Below are positions 50,707-59,304 of a stretch of DNA of 64,000 bases, piece by piece. The notes below the pieces were generated by a model. That model did not search any database and had not been told where the DNA came from. It saw only the letters and a list, made by a program, of their open reading frames with translations. The translations under genes were made by a program, and so were the position numbers. The stretch's first letter is position 1, and each line of letters starts with the position of its first letter. Source of the DNA: a phage. The stretch lies in NCBI GenBank assembly GCA_024672275.1, contig GCA_024672275.1_4536.1. One strand, given 5' to 3'.

Positions 50707-50735
50707 TAGTATAGTTATCTTATACTAACTTTCAA
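50707..50735 (-). promoter_or_regulatory. putative sigma70-type promoter (- strand)
   Basis: On - strand TTGAAA, N16, TATACT upstream of HAD gene RBS. Confidence 0.35.
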
Positions 50736-51300
50736 TTTCCTGCAATAGGATTTTGACTATTTGTTTACGGCGTTTTGCTACTGTGCTTTCAGGTTCTATT
50801 TTACGCTTCTTCAACCAAGCTTTATCTTTCTTAGCTCTACACAAAGCTATTGCTTCTTTTTCAGCTTTTGCTTCTTCAAAAGATATGCCTTGCTTGTCTG
50901 CATAAGCAAGAATAGAGTTGCACAATTTACAAACCATTCGCAAATCTTCTTCTTTCACATAGATTAAACGGAAAACAAAAAGAGGAATATCATCAAAACA
51001 TTGAAGTTGTTTTGCTGCGTGAATATGATCCACTTGGAAGTCTTTCATTCCTCCTCTATGTCCACATATTTCGCACTCACAATTCCAAACTTGTTTTGGT
51101 TTTCCAGTTTTCTTGTCTATCATCACATTGCCGTCTTTATCTACTCGATCAACTTTAAAACGCCTTGCATTGATAACCTTAATTTTATTAGGGTGTCTCA
51201 TCCATGCTTTTCTAAAACATCCCCTAAGATAAGTATAAAATTCAGCTTGTGTTTTCCAGGGTGTTCCTTCACCCCACATTATTTTTGGTTCACCTGCCAA
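50725..51300 (-). CDS. HNH endonuclease (homing-endonuclease-like), 191 aa
   Basis: HNH motif CECEICGHRGG...DHIH...CKLCN; start ambiguous (TTG 51300 or ATG 51279). Confidence 0.6.
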   Translation of the reverse strand: MAGEPKIMWGEGTPWKTQAEFYTYLRGCFRKAWMRHPNKIKVINARRFKVDRVDKDGNVMIDKKTGKPKQVWNCECEICGHRGGMKDFQVDHIHAAKQLQCFDDIPLFVFRLIYVKEEDLRMVCKLCNSILAYADKQGISFEEAKAEKEAIALCRAKKDKAWLKKRKIEPESTVAKRRKQIVKILLQEIES

Positions 51301-51347
51301 TATTGCTCACCTTTTTAGCTGTATATTCCCCTGGTGGGATATTGTGT

Positions 51348-51380
51348 TTAAAAAACAAAAGGCGGTCTAACCCCGCCTTG
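51348..51380 (-). terminator. rho-independent terminator
   Basis: - strand AAGGCGG-GGUUAGA-CCGCCUU followed by UUUGUUUUUU. Confidence 0.55.
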
Positions 51381-51467
51381 CACATTGTTTCTGGAATAGT
51401 CAAAGTTAGTAAAAGTTTATCACCTTTTCGGTTGAATATTTTATAAACTTCTCCTGCTCCATATTGT

Positions 51468-51869
51468 TTAGTATTGCTCGCCACTAATACGTTCCTTAAG
51501 TTGTTTAATAGCTTCAACTGCATCTACATAAGAAGAGTTATACATGTGTTTCAGTGCCACTCGGATTAAAGGATCTTTTGTGAAGAAATCAATAAGAAGC
51601 ATAGCTTGATCATGTTTAGCTGCATTTGTCATAGATGGATAATTTTCACGAACCATATACGTGTTATTTTGCATAAGGGTTCTTTCTAGTTCAATACAAT
51701 GAATAGCTTTATCTAGGTTAATCTGACGTTCACCTTTAATACGTGTTGCGTATTTTGCCAATTTGCAAAAACAAGGTGTACCACCAACCAAATAAGCTAG
51801 TTCAATAGGTTGCATTGCCATTTTTGTGTAGTGATCACCGTCAACCTGATTATCAAAAGCATTAGACAT
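51468..51869 (-). CDS. hypothetical protein (133 aa)
   Basis: RBS CAGGAGGAAA + ATG; ORF track. Confidence 0.55.
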   Translation of the reverse strand: MSNAFDNQVDGDHYTKMAMQPIELAYLVGGTPCFCKLAKYATRIKGERQINLDKAIHCIELERTLMQNNTYMVRENYPSMTNAAKHDQAMLLIDFFTKDPLIRVALKHMYNSSYVDAVEAIKQLKERISGEQY

Positions 51870-52089
51870 AATTTTCCTCCTGAATTCCTACTGCGCCTTC
51901 TTCTGGGTAGTCTGTATAATAAGCTACCCTACCTTGATAGATAACATCACCATCATCATTGTAGATTGCTGTATCTTCTTGAATTGTTATTTCAACGTCA
52001 AGTAAATCTGGGTCTTTCTCGATGGTATAGTTTAGACCTAACATTTCAAACAGTTCGAAAATTTCGTTACCTGTTAATGTAATGCTCAT
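51862..52089 (-). CDS. hypothetical acidic protein (75 aa)
   Basis: Internal ATG 52089 with RBS AAAGGAGGAAAT (track start 52134 lacks RBS). Confidence 0.5.
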   Translation of the reverse strand: MSITLTGNEIFELFEMLGLNYTIEKDPDLLDVEITIQEDTAIYNDDGDVIYQGRVAYYTDYPEEGAVGIQEENYV

Positions 52090-52175
52090 ATTTCCTCCTT
52101 TTATTGTGGTTAGCAGAGTATACACTAATATCAAATTTTTGTCAATAAAAAAGGGAGCAATAAGCTCCCTGATTA

Positions 52176-53135
52176 TTAGATTCCAATAATAGTTGCTGCT
52201 CGTTTATCTTTGGATCTGGTGTTTGCTCTACTACGTGACAAACCTCCACAAGATTCACAACGAATGATATCGAAAGAACTTACCGCAGTGTGGTATTGCT
52301 TACCAGTAACAACGTGAACATGATCACTGCCGCAACGAGAACAACGGACTTTCTCATCTGGGTAATAAGCGGATAAGTTAGGATGCTGTGGAATCCACGG
52401 AAGGATTTTCATATACAAATCACGGAGTGAAACAACATCGCCATCATTGTAAATCTGCATACGTTCAAAAGCATCACGATCACCTTCACAACATGCTTTC
52501 CATAAAGGGAACCCCTCGTTATCCAGTTTTTCACTTTCTGTTTCAAAATACGCTCCCATTTCTTTAAGAGAATTGGAAGGAAGTGCAAACTGTTTCTTAG
52601 CTGCCTTCAAGGTATCAACAACTACATAGTTAGAAGGTGGAGCCATATCATGATATGCGAAGCGTTGGTTAATGTATGCACGGTCAAACTTATACCCGTT
52701 GTGTGCCACAACTACATCTGCCTCGTTCAGAAGGTTCCAAAGATCTTGGCAAAGCTCCCAATCATCCGTATGATCAATATCAAAAAGAGGATAAGAAGAC
52801 AAGTTCTTACCTTCCACTTCGCCAGTATACAGGTCAGCAGAAGAGTAGGATAACAAATAACCTCTGCGAATCACCTGGTCTGGAGAAATGAAGGCTTTGA
52901 ATCGACGGAAAGTATATGCAATCTCTGGTGCAGTTTCAACATCAATAATTTTAATAACTGGTTGTTTCTTTTTAACTGGCTCTTGTTTACTTGCTCCAAA
53001 TCGTGCAAGGAAATCGTTCACTGTGCTTTTTCTTGTTGGACTACCTAAAACAATTGCTGCAATATTACGAGAAGACATACCCTCTGCACTCATACTAAGG
53101 ATATCTGCTTTCTGCTCTTCTGTTAATCTGCTCAC
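52176..53135 (-). CDS. DnaQ-like (DEDD) 3'-5' exonuclease with N-terminal HTH and C-terminal zinc ribbon (319 aa)
   Basis: Exo I IDVETAP, Exo II VVAHNGYKFD, Exo III YNDGD; C-terminal CSRCG...CESCG; GTG start with RBS CAGGAGG. Confidence 0.6.
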   Translation of the reverse strand: MSRLTEEQKADILSMSAEGMSSRNIAAIVLGSPTRKSTVNDFLARFGASKQEPVKKKQPVIKIIDVETAPEIAYTFRRFKAFISPDQVIRRGYLLSYSSADLYTGEVEGKNLSSYPLFDIDHTDDWELCQDLWNLLNEADVVVAHNGYKFDRAYINQRFAYHDMAPPSNYVVVDTLKAAKKQFALPSNSLKEMGAYFETESEKLDNEGFPLWKACCEGDRDAFERMQIYNDGDVVSLRDLYMKILPWIPQHPNLSAYYPDEKVRCSRCGSDHVHVVTGKQYHTAVSSFDIIRCESCGGLSRSRANTRSKDKRAATIIGI

Positions 53136-54250
53136 TCTGCCTCCTGTTGTGAGATGTATGACTGAAGCATACTCTCAAATGTTGTATCGTCATTATCCCA
53201 GCGTTTCATGTATACCAACTGGAAAATTGTTTCTATCCATTCATCTGTTGTCATATGGACTTCTTCTCCATCCCAAGAAGTAAAATTAACACCATCTGGG
53301 AACCACGAGTAGTAAGTATCTTTAACTGTTTGGAAAAGTTCTGCTTGAGTTTTACAAGCTGAAAGAAGATTAAAACAAGTAATATCTCCGAACTTAATAT
53401 CAAAATCTTGATAAGGTCGGATACTATCTGTTTTATCTCCCATTAGCATCTGATATGCTAACCAGTAACTGCCCCAACCTTTAACTTCTTTCTTTTTACC
53501 TTTATCTACAATCCATATATCGCCAATAGACTCGTCAATAAGAATTATATCTGGATTTTTAAATACTCCATCCTCTTTGTAGAAATTAAAAAGGATACTA
53601 GGAGTATGTAAACTATCTTTATCTATAGACACTACGATATAAGAAAATTTACCCGTCCTTTTATAATCTTTATAACCTTGGAAACCATACTTCTCTAACT
53701 CATCGTCAGCCTCTATTACAGTAACAACATCACCATTGTGGAACTCCACAAGATAATCTTTGGTTTCTGAAAGCTGAAGTGGTTTGATATCTAATCGTTC
53801 AGATTTATATTCTACAGGCATTTTGAAGGCGTGTCTGAAAGTTTTTCCTACGCCAATAACTCCGCAATATTTTTCTAAACGTAGATGTTTTAGAATACCT
53901 AAGACTTTTGTTTTAGCTGCTTGGAAGGTGTGTCCGATATCTTCTGGCGGGTATTGCTTATCAATGATTTCGAACTCTTCCTTTGTGAAGGGACGTTTGT
54001 TTTTGGAGGCTCTTTCTGCATTTGTATCTCCTAGCCAACCTCCAATTTTAGTCTTGCTTTTACCCCAAAACTCTGTCTTATTTTTAAATTCCTTTTGAGC
54101 ACCTGAAGGGATGTGCTTCGCAATGATTGTTCTTTTCTCTAACGCAGACGCTGCTTGGAAAGCGATCTGATCATAATCAATTGCAGCTATTGTTTCTTCG
54201 TTGACATATAAATGAAGATCTTCAGGTTTAATTAAAATATAACCGCTAAT
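53132..54250 (-). CDS. T4 RNase H-like 5'-3' exonuclease / flap endonuclease (about 372 aa) with non-canonical start
   Basis: C-terminal half (track ORF 53132..53821) has FEN motifs EADDE, VVSIDKDS, MLMGDKTDSIRPY; 146 stop-free in-frame codons upstream encode N-terminal IAAIDYDQIAF (cf. T4 RNase H ICLIDFSQIAL) but contain no ATG/GTG/TTG; candidate AUU start at 54250 after AGGGGG. Confidence 0.65.
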   Translation of the reverse strand: MSGYILIKPEDLHLYVNEETIAAIDYDQIAFQAASALEKRTIIAKHIPSGAQKEFKNKTEFWGKSKTKIGGWLGDTNAERASKNKRPFTKEEFEIIDKQYPPEDIGHTFQAAKTKVLGILKHLRLEKYCGVIGVGKTFRHAFKMPVEYKSERLDIKPLQLSETKDYLVEFHNGDVVTVIEADDELEKYGFQGYKDYKRTGKFSYIVVSIDKDSLHTPSILFNFYKEDGVFKNPDIILIDESIGDIWIVDKGKKKEVKGWGSYWLAYQMLMGDKTDSIRPYQDFDIKFGDITCFNLLSACKTQAELFQTVKDTYYSWFPDGVNFTSWDGEEVHMTTDEWIETIFQLVYMKRWDNDDTTFESMLQSYISQQEAE

Positions 54251-54262
54251 ATTTCCCCCTAA

Positions 54263-54472
54263 TTATTCATCGTCATCCTCTGTTGAGAATGTTTTAGTAT
54301 ACGGACATTGACGACTTTTCGGGATTGCTATAACTTCATCTTGGTTAGCGTTAGAATAGTAGCAATATTTTGTATTGCCATTAACTTCAGAATCAGACAA
54401 GATTAAAGTAATTTGACCTGCTGCTACTGTGAAACTAAAAGCTAAAAGAACGACTGTCAGAATCTTTTTCAT
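54263..54472 (-). CDS. secreted small protein (69 aa)
   Basis: Signal peptide MKKILTVVLLAFSFTVAAGQ; RBS AGGAGG; stop codon in frame with downstream FEN reading frame. Confidence 0.55.
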   Translation of the reverse strand: MKKILTVVLLAFSFTVAAGQITLILSDSEVNGNTKYCYYSNANQDEVIAIPKSRQCPYTKTFSTEDDDE

Positions 54473-54483
54473 AACGCCTCCTA

Positions 54484-54512
54484 AAAAGCCTACCTCATTA
54501 AGTAGGTAGGCA
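54484..54512 (-). terminator. rho-independent terminator
   Basis: - strand 8-bp stem GCCUACCU/AGGUAGGC followed by UUUUUAGGAGG. Confidence 0.6.
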
Positions 54513-54544
54513 TAATATCATAACTAATCCCGCAAGTCAAGAAC

Positions 54545-55423
54545 TTATTTAAGGATTGTTGCTTTGGTTAAATCTTCCATCAGACCTCGAATCTCATTGA
54601 AGCACAGAAGGACCGAAGCTTCAATACTACCTTCTTCGTCTGCAAAATATTTCGGAAAACGTAGTTTAGAAAGTTTAAACTCTTTATCCACTACAAAATC
54701 TACAACACCGTCATATTCAAGACCGATTGCAACAACATCTTTACCATCTTCTTTTAGTTCGACAGCTTTAGACTCGTATAGGGATTCTTTACTCCAAACA
54801 ACAACGCCCTCGCTATCCTCCATTTTGATATAATTTCCGAGAGTAATACGATCTGCTTCATGATTCTCCAGCAATTCACCAAAACCTTTTACAATAGCTT
54901 CTTCGTGCACACTAAAACCTACCGAAGGGAAAGTCCCCAGAACGGAACGGAGGAAAGAAGTAATCTCTTCTGCAACCTTTTTACTTCCATTAAGAACATA
55001 AAGAAGATTCGTAGTTTTATCCAAGACAACATAGTTAAAGAAATCTTCAGGTTCTGTTTCAGGCAATAGTGCAAATTCAATATCTTCCTTCATTGCTTTG
55101 ACTACTTCTTTATCGACATAAAACTCTTTACCTTCGCTCTCCATGTCCTGACGCATTTCTTCTAGACGTTCATTCAGAATACGTTTAACTTTCTTTTTAT
55201 CTACCTTCTTCACAGATTGACCTACATTAAGTAGTTCAAGATCTGAAAACTCTTTTACAAATTTAGAGTCATCTTCGAAACGAACAAGACCGATAGTGTG
55301 TGACTGGGAGCCTTCTGCTGTTACAAATTCCAGAGGAATATCTGTAATGCTGTTAAGGGATGCTACAGAAGCATTGTCACCAACAACCATAGGCAGAGCG
55401 GATTTAAAAGATTTTACAAACAT
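54545..55423 (-). CDS. RdgC-like recombination-associated protein (292 aa)
   Basis: Size and segment ITSFLRSVLGTFPSVGFS resembling RdgC LALLRKSLGSLPVVPLS; RBS ATAGGAGGAAA. Confidence 0.4.
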   Translation of the reverse strand: MFVKSFKSALPMVVGDNASVASLNSITDIPLEFVTAEGSQSHTIGLVRFEDDSKFVKEFSDLELLNVGQSVKKVDKKKVKRILNERLEEMRQDMESEGKEFYVDKEVVKAMKEDIEFALLPETEPEDFFNYVVLDKTTNLLYVLNGSKKVAEEITSFLRSVLGTFPSVGFSVHEEAIVKGFGELLENHEADRITLGNYIKMEDSEGVVVWSKESLYESKAVELKEDGKDVVAIGLEYDGVVDFVVDKEFKLSKLRFPKYFADEEGSIEASVLLCFNEIRGLMEDLTKATILK

Positions 55424-55453
55424 GTTTCCTCCTATTTAATACATCTCACATTA

Positions 55454-55470
55454 CCGCCCGTAAAGGGCGG
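55454..55470 (-). promoter_or_regulatory. GC hairpin upstream of RBS (- strand)
   Basis: CCGCCC-TTTAC-GGGCGG between stop 55480 and RBS of 55423 gene; resembles + strand cassette hairpins; no U-tract. Confidence 0.4.
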
Positions 55471-55479
55471 CTTACAACA

Positions 55480-56205
55480 TTACTTGTTAATAATACCTGC
55501 GATATTAGGTTTAATGAAACCTGACCACTTCATGATCTTACCTTTATCATCAAAGAACACATACACTTTCTGTTTTTCATTATAAACAGCATGGACACCA
55601 GTGTATGCCCCTTCTGGACGATTGGCATTTCGTTCTTCAATTGCAGCGCATTCTTGTGCAATGGCTGAATCGATATCTGAAGTTTTCCAAGTTTTCAGCA
55701 ACTGTTGTTTAGTTGGATACTTGGAATCATTACTTTTCAATACCTCTTTAATAACTTTCTTTTCTGGATATTTTGAACGGATCAGAGTGTCACGAGACAT
55801 ACGCATAATACCCGCAGCCATTAGCGCCATTTGAACTGGCTCTGTAAATGTTTGTTCCAAAGCATCGAAATCGGTATACACAGTTGGAGTAAAAACATCG
55901 CCTACAGCATAGTCCAAGAAATTCAGCGTATGTTCTTCACCAAAGAACATGTAAGTAAGATAACTGGATACTACAAAAATATCCGCTGCTGCATCCAAGA
56001 GTTCTACATGATCGTTTACTTTCGCGGCTGTTTCATACTCTTTAAGCTCTTCACGAACGAACCCGATTTGGGACATAAATAACTCTTGAGTGAATTCAGG
56101 TTGTTCACCACCTCGTGCTTTGGCATTCCAATCAATTACGTGCTTTGCTGCATTTTTGAAAAATTCAGTATCGAATTTAATATCTTTAAAAAAATTCTCG
56201 ATCAT
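55480..56205 (-). CDS. MazG-like all-alpha NTP pyrophosphohydrolase-like protein (241 aa)
   Basis: EE..E...A......VELLDAAADI pattern typical of MazG/HisE fold (weak); RBS TAAGGAGAAA. Confidence 0.35.
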   Translation of the reverse strand: MIENFFKDIKFDTEFFKNAAKHVIDWNAKARGGEQPEFTQELFMSQIGFVREELKEYETAAKVNDHVELLDAAADIFVVSSYLTYMFFGEEHTLNFLDYAVGDVFTPTVYTDFDALEQTFTEPVQMALMAAGIMRMSRDTLIRSKYPEKKVIKEVLKSNDSKYPTKQQLLKTWKTSDIDSAIAQECAAIEERNANRPEGAYTGVHAVYNEKQKVYVFFDDKGKIMKWSGFIKPNIAGIINK

Positions 56206-56218
56206 TGTTTCTCCTTAT

Positions 56219-56407
56219 TTAAAAATATTGTTTTGTAAATTCCACCAGATATACAACAACTGCACCCATTTGTGTACCTGCTGCACCGTAGACAATAATT
56301 AGACTAACCTTCTGCCACCATGTTGGGTGAGAGAAAGTTGATGCGCCAATTATACCACAAGCAACAATAGAAAGGAACACAAGAACCAGAATAACTTCAA
56401 TGCTCAC
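56219..56407 (-). CDS. small membrane protein, holin-like (62 aa)
   Basis: Two predicted TM helices; GTG start with RBS AAGGAGG. Confidence 0.45.
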   Translation of the reverse strand: MSIEVILVLVFLSIVACGIIGASTFSHPTWWQKVSLIIVYGAAGTQMGAVVVYLVEFTKQYF

Positions 56408-56418
56408 TGCAACCTCCT

Positions 56419-57048
56419 TTATGTTTTAATCTTGCCAAAATACAATACTTCAGCTTCCTGTCTTGCTGATATAGCATCTTCAATATCAGTAAATGCTCCA
56501 AGACGGATATCTTTTCCTTGATAGGATATACGAGCAATCCATCTTTTTTCTTTCTCGCTCCACACAACACCTGTTTTACCAGAAGTGTTGTTTTTCTGTT
56601 TTCGTGTATTGTATGACTGGACAGACCTTGTAGCCCAGCGACAATTTTCTTTACTGTAATCTTTTTCCGAGTCTATTCTGTCAAGAGATAAACCTTTAGG
56701 TCTATCTCCCATATCCTCAAAAAATGCAGAGAATGAATTTCTCCAAGCATCGCAGACCTTAATACCACGACCACCGTAGTATTCAAAGTGAGTATTGTTT
56801 TTGTTATAGCATCTCCCTAACATAGCTTCCCACGATTTGTATGCTCCTGTTTGTGTTGTTTGCGGTCTACACTTCGAACAATAAGAACTTTTATTCTTCC
56901 TAAGTGTTGCCATAGTTACCGTGCAAATATTACCACAATCACAAGAACAAGTAAAACGTCTTTTGCCATGCTTGTCCCTTTCAATCTCTTCTAAGACAGT
57001 ATAACAACCACATTTCTTACCTACAAGGTCTACTCTCTTGGCTCCCAT
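56419..57048 (-). CDS. homing-endonuclease-like protein with AP2-type DNA-binding repeats (209 aa)
   Basis: N-terminal Cys cluster; AP2-like repeats W.AMLGRC....YGGRGIKVCD.W and GVVWSEKEKRWIARISYQGKDIRLGAFTDIEDA; paralogous to 62751..63356. Confidence 0.5.
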   Translation of the reverse strand: MGAKRVDLVGKKCGCYTVLEEIERDKHGKRRFTCSCDCGNICTVTMATLRKNKSSYCSKCRPQTTQTGAYKSWEAMLGRCYNKNNTHFEYYGGRGIKVCDAWRNSFSAFFEDMGDRPKGLSLDRIDSEKDYSKENCRWATRSVQSYNTRKQKNNTSGKTGVVWSEKEKRWIARISYQGKDIRLGAFTDIEDAISARQEAEVLYFGKIKT

Positions 57049-58145
57049 GTTCCCTCCACCATTTCCCGTAAACGGACACCTGTTGGTTTAGTAGGTATTC
57101 CACCATCAGAAAACTCTTCATACTCAATCTCAACAAATTTACCAATTAACATTTCGGCATTCTCTGCTTTACGATAATTGATAGTCTCATGAGCATCTTT
57201 ACGCATTAAGAATTCGACTACTTTACCATTTTCCATCTCACCTGTCAACACTCCATCGCCATTTTTATCACTTTTTGAATTTGTTACTTTAACTTCAAGG
57301 GTATGGCGAGGCTTACGTTTAATAACGTCATAAGAACGTTTATCAAATTCGTAAACTCCGTGAGCATTACGATATACTACACCTTCAGCTTTCTCAAGTA
57401 AAGCTTTTTCATAGAAAGCATCAAACTGTTCTTGGTTTTCAATATACTCTGTATGAACTACACAAATAAGCTCGTCAAGACCATAATCTTCAACTACTGC
57501 CTTAAGAGCAGCAAGAACATCAACACGTTTTTCAAACGGTAGATCTGGAACTGGAATATCGTATACGTAATAGTTCAGCAAAGGTGTATTTGCATTATGC
57601 TTCTTCCAGGCACTGTTAATTTGTTGTAGACTAAGGACACCTAACCCAGCAAACACTTCACCATCAAGAGGATGACCAACAACTTCACTAATAAAGTTTG
57701 GAATACCTTTCCAATGAGGTGGCAGGTTATACACTTCCCCAGCTTTTGATAAACACTCTCCTTTCATGTTAATCATAGAACGTAACCCGTTCAGTTTGTA
57801 TTGTGCATAACCAGGGAACACAACCCTTTCAGGATAATCTTTATAATCCTGGCATTTCATTGGTGTGGAAGGAACATGGTTTTCAGCTTCTTCTTTTGTT
57901 TTATAATAGCCATTCTTTAACTGTTTTGTCCATTTGGCAAAAGCTTCAAGTTCAGCTTGTTCTTCTGGTGTTGTTTCATTGGAACGACCAATGTTTTTTG
58001 CTTCTGCTGTATAAGATTTTTCTGTGATTTTTCCACCTACCCTTCCATGAGCTACAGTAACAACTGCACCATCTGTATACACTGTCCACTGTTTAAGTTT
58101 TCCTTTTGAATCTTTACCATACAGCGTTTGATTTGTTTGTTGCAT
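57030..58145 (-). CDS. ATP-dependent polynucleotide ligase-like nucleotidyltransferase (371 aa)
   Basis: Motif I variant YAQYKLNGLR (KxNG), motif IV-like EGVVYR, motif V-like KRKPR; internal ATG 58145 with RBS GGGAGGA. Confidence 0.5.
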   Translation of the reverse strand: MQQTNQTLYGKDSKGKLKQWTVYTDGAVVTVAHGRVGGKITEKSYTAEAKNIGRSNETTPEEQAELEAFAKWTKQLKNGYYKTKEEAENHVPSTPMKCQDYKDYPERVVFPGYAQYKLNGLRSMINMKGECLSKAGEVYNLPPHWKGIPNFISEVVGHPLDGEVFAGLGVLSLQQINSAWKKHNANTPLLNYYVYDIPVPDLPFEKRVDVLAALKAVVEDYGLDELICVVHTEYIENQEQFDAFYEKALLEKAEGVVYRNAHGVYEFDKRSYDVIKRKPRHTLEVKVTNSKSDKNGDGVLTGEMENGKVVEFLMRKDAHETINYRKAENAEMLIGKFVEIEYEEFSDGGIPTKPTGVRLREMVEGTWEPRE

Positions 58146-58366
58146 TAGTCCTCCCATTTAAAAACTGAAATTTTCAATCTGTTACACACTTCATCCAAAT
58201 CTGCGTCGAGTAACGTTGTAGATGTTGCCAACATATAATCAATGCTTGTGAAACCTTGCCCTTTGGCATAGTCAAGCATATCTTCATACATATCTTCAAG
58301 ATCACCGTCATCAAAAGTAGCTAGAAAATCCTCGTCCCCACTACGAACATAAAATGCAGTACTCAT
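58145..58366 (-). CDS. hypothetical acidic protein (73 aa)
   Basis: ATG overlapping upstream TGA; ORF track. Confidence 0.5.
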   Translation of the reverse strand: MSTAFYVRSGDEDFLATFDDGDLEDMYEDMLDYAKGQGFTSIDYMLATSTTLLDADLDEVCNRLKISVFKWED

Positions 58367-58554
58367 TCATCTTCATCCCAAGATTCAAAAACGCAGCAAT
58401 CATCGGTTTCTATAATACCAACACGTCCGCAGGTATTGCAAGTGATTTTATCACCGTAGAATAAATAATTTTTATCACCCTCTGTGTTTACAGTTATGTC
58501 ATTACTACCACAAGGGCAAGTCAGCCAACCAACAACAACGATATCTTTTTTCAT
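58363..58554 (-). CDS. zinc-ribbon small protein (63 aa)
   Basis: CPCGSN ... CNTCG; RBS AAGGAGGGATT. Confidence 0.5.
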   Translation of the reverse strand: MKKDIVVVGWLTCPCGSNDITVNTEGDKNYLFYGDKITCNTCGRVGIIETDDCCVFESWDEDE

Positions 58555-58563
58555 AATCCCTCC

Positions 58564-58890
58564 TTAAGCGTTAAGTTCGTTGTTGAGTTCGTAAATCTCT
58601 TCTTGAAGAGCATCAATCTCTTCCTCCAAACGGGAGATCTCTTCTTTTAGATATACCATTTCGGATTCTTTCTCTTCTAATTCATTTTCAAATTTTACTT
58701 TATTAGCCTCATTTTCATAATGCAGTTCAGCGTAATCATCACGCATTTGTTCAATAAGATGAATCAGAGACAAGATATAATTGTCTCCCGTTTCATCACG
58801 CCACTCTTCACCGTGACGGAGAACGGTAATTCGTCCAGTATCTTCATCTAAAATTGTCTCATATTTACGATCATCTGTATAAATCTGCAT
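58564..58890 (-). CDS. hypothetical coiled-coil protein (108 aa)
   Basis: RBS AAGGAGAAATA + ATG; heptad-rich C-terminus. Confidence 0.55.
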   Translation of the reverse strand: MQIYTDDRKYETILDEDTGRITVLRHGEEWRDETGDNYILSLIHLIEQMRDDYAELHYENEANKVKFENELEEKESEMVYLKEEISRLEEEIDALQEEIYELNNELNA

Positions 58891-58899
58891 TATTTCTCC

Positions 58900-59304
58900 T
58901 TATTGAAGTTTAAGTGAACCACGAAGACGTTTCTCTTGCTGATCACGGATATATTGTGGAACCTCGTGAATTGAATCATTACCGTGCCTATTTTCAACAA
59001 CTAAAGAGATAACTTGATAACCAAATTCTTCAGCAAGAGCTAGATAAGGTTTAAGTTCTTTCTCTGTGGTTGAAGTATTAGAAACAATAATCTTGTTAAG
59101 ATTAGATGCCATAGCATCACGAACAATACCCTGACACCATGCGTGTGCTTTACCTACATTTTCTGGCTTCCAATCGTAAACACCACTCTCTGTGTAATGA
59201 TATTGATCTGCCTCACAGATAGGCCAATAACCTTCAGAAATAATTTCTGCTACTGTAGATTTACCAGCACCTGAAACACCACGTAAAATGATAAGTTGTT
59301 TCAT
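58900..59304 (-). CDS. P-loop polynucleotide kinase-like protein (134 aa)
   Basis: Walker A GVSGAGKST at N-terminus as in T4 Pnk kinase domain; directly follows RNA ligase gene. Confidence 0.55.
   Translation of the reverse strand: MKQLIILRGVSGAGKSTVAEIISEGYWPICEADQYHYTESGVYDWKPENVGKAHAWCQGIVRDAMASNLNKIIVSNTSTTEKELKPYLALAEEFGYQVISLVVENRHGNDSIHEVPQYIRDQQEKRLRGSLKLQ

Noticed and set aside
51290-51523. 77-aa - strand ORF between the HNH gene and the 51468..51869 gene
   Set aside because: Its start lies inside the upstream gene in another frame with no RBS, and the region is better explained by a terminator hairpin (about 51348-51380) plus intergenic sequence.
54263-54472. Signal-peptide ORF and downstream FEN frame as one fused gene
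   Set aside because: They are separated by an in-frame TAA and the upstream product is a secreted-type peptide unrelated to a cytoplasmic nuclease; noted only as a possible read-through alternative under the FEN start finding.
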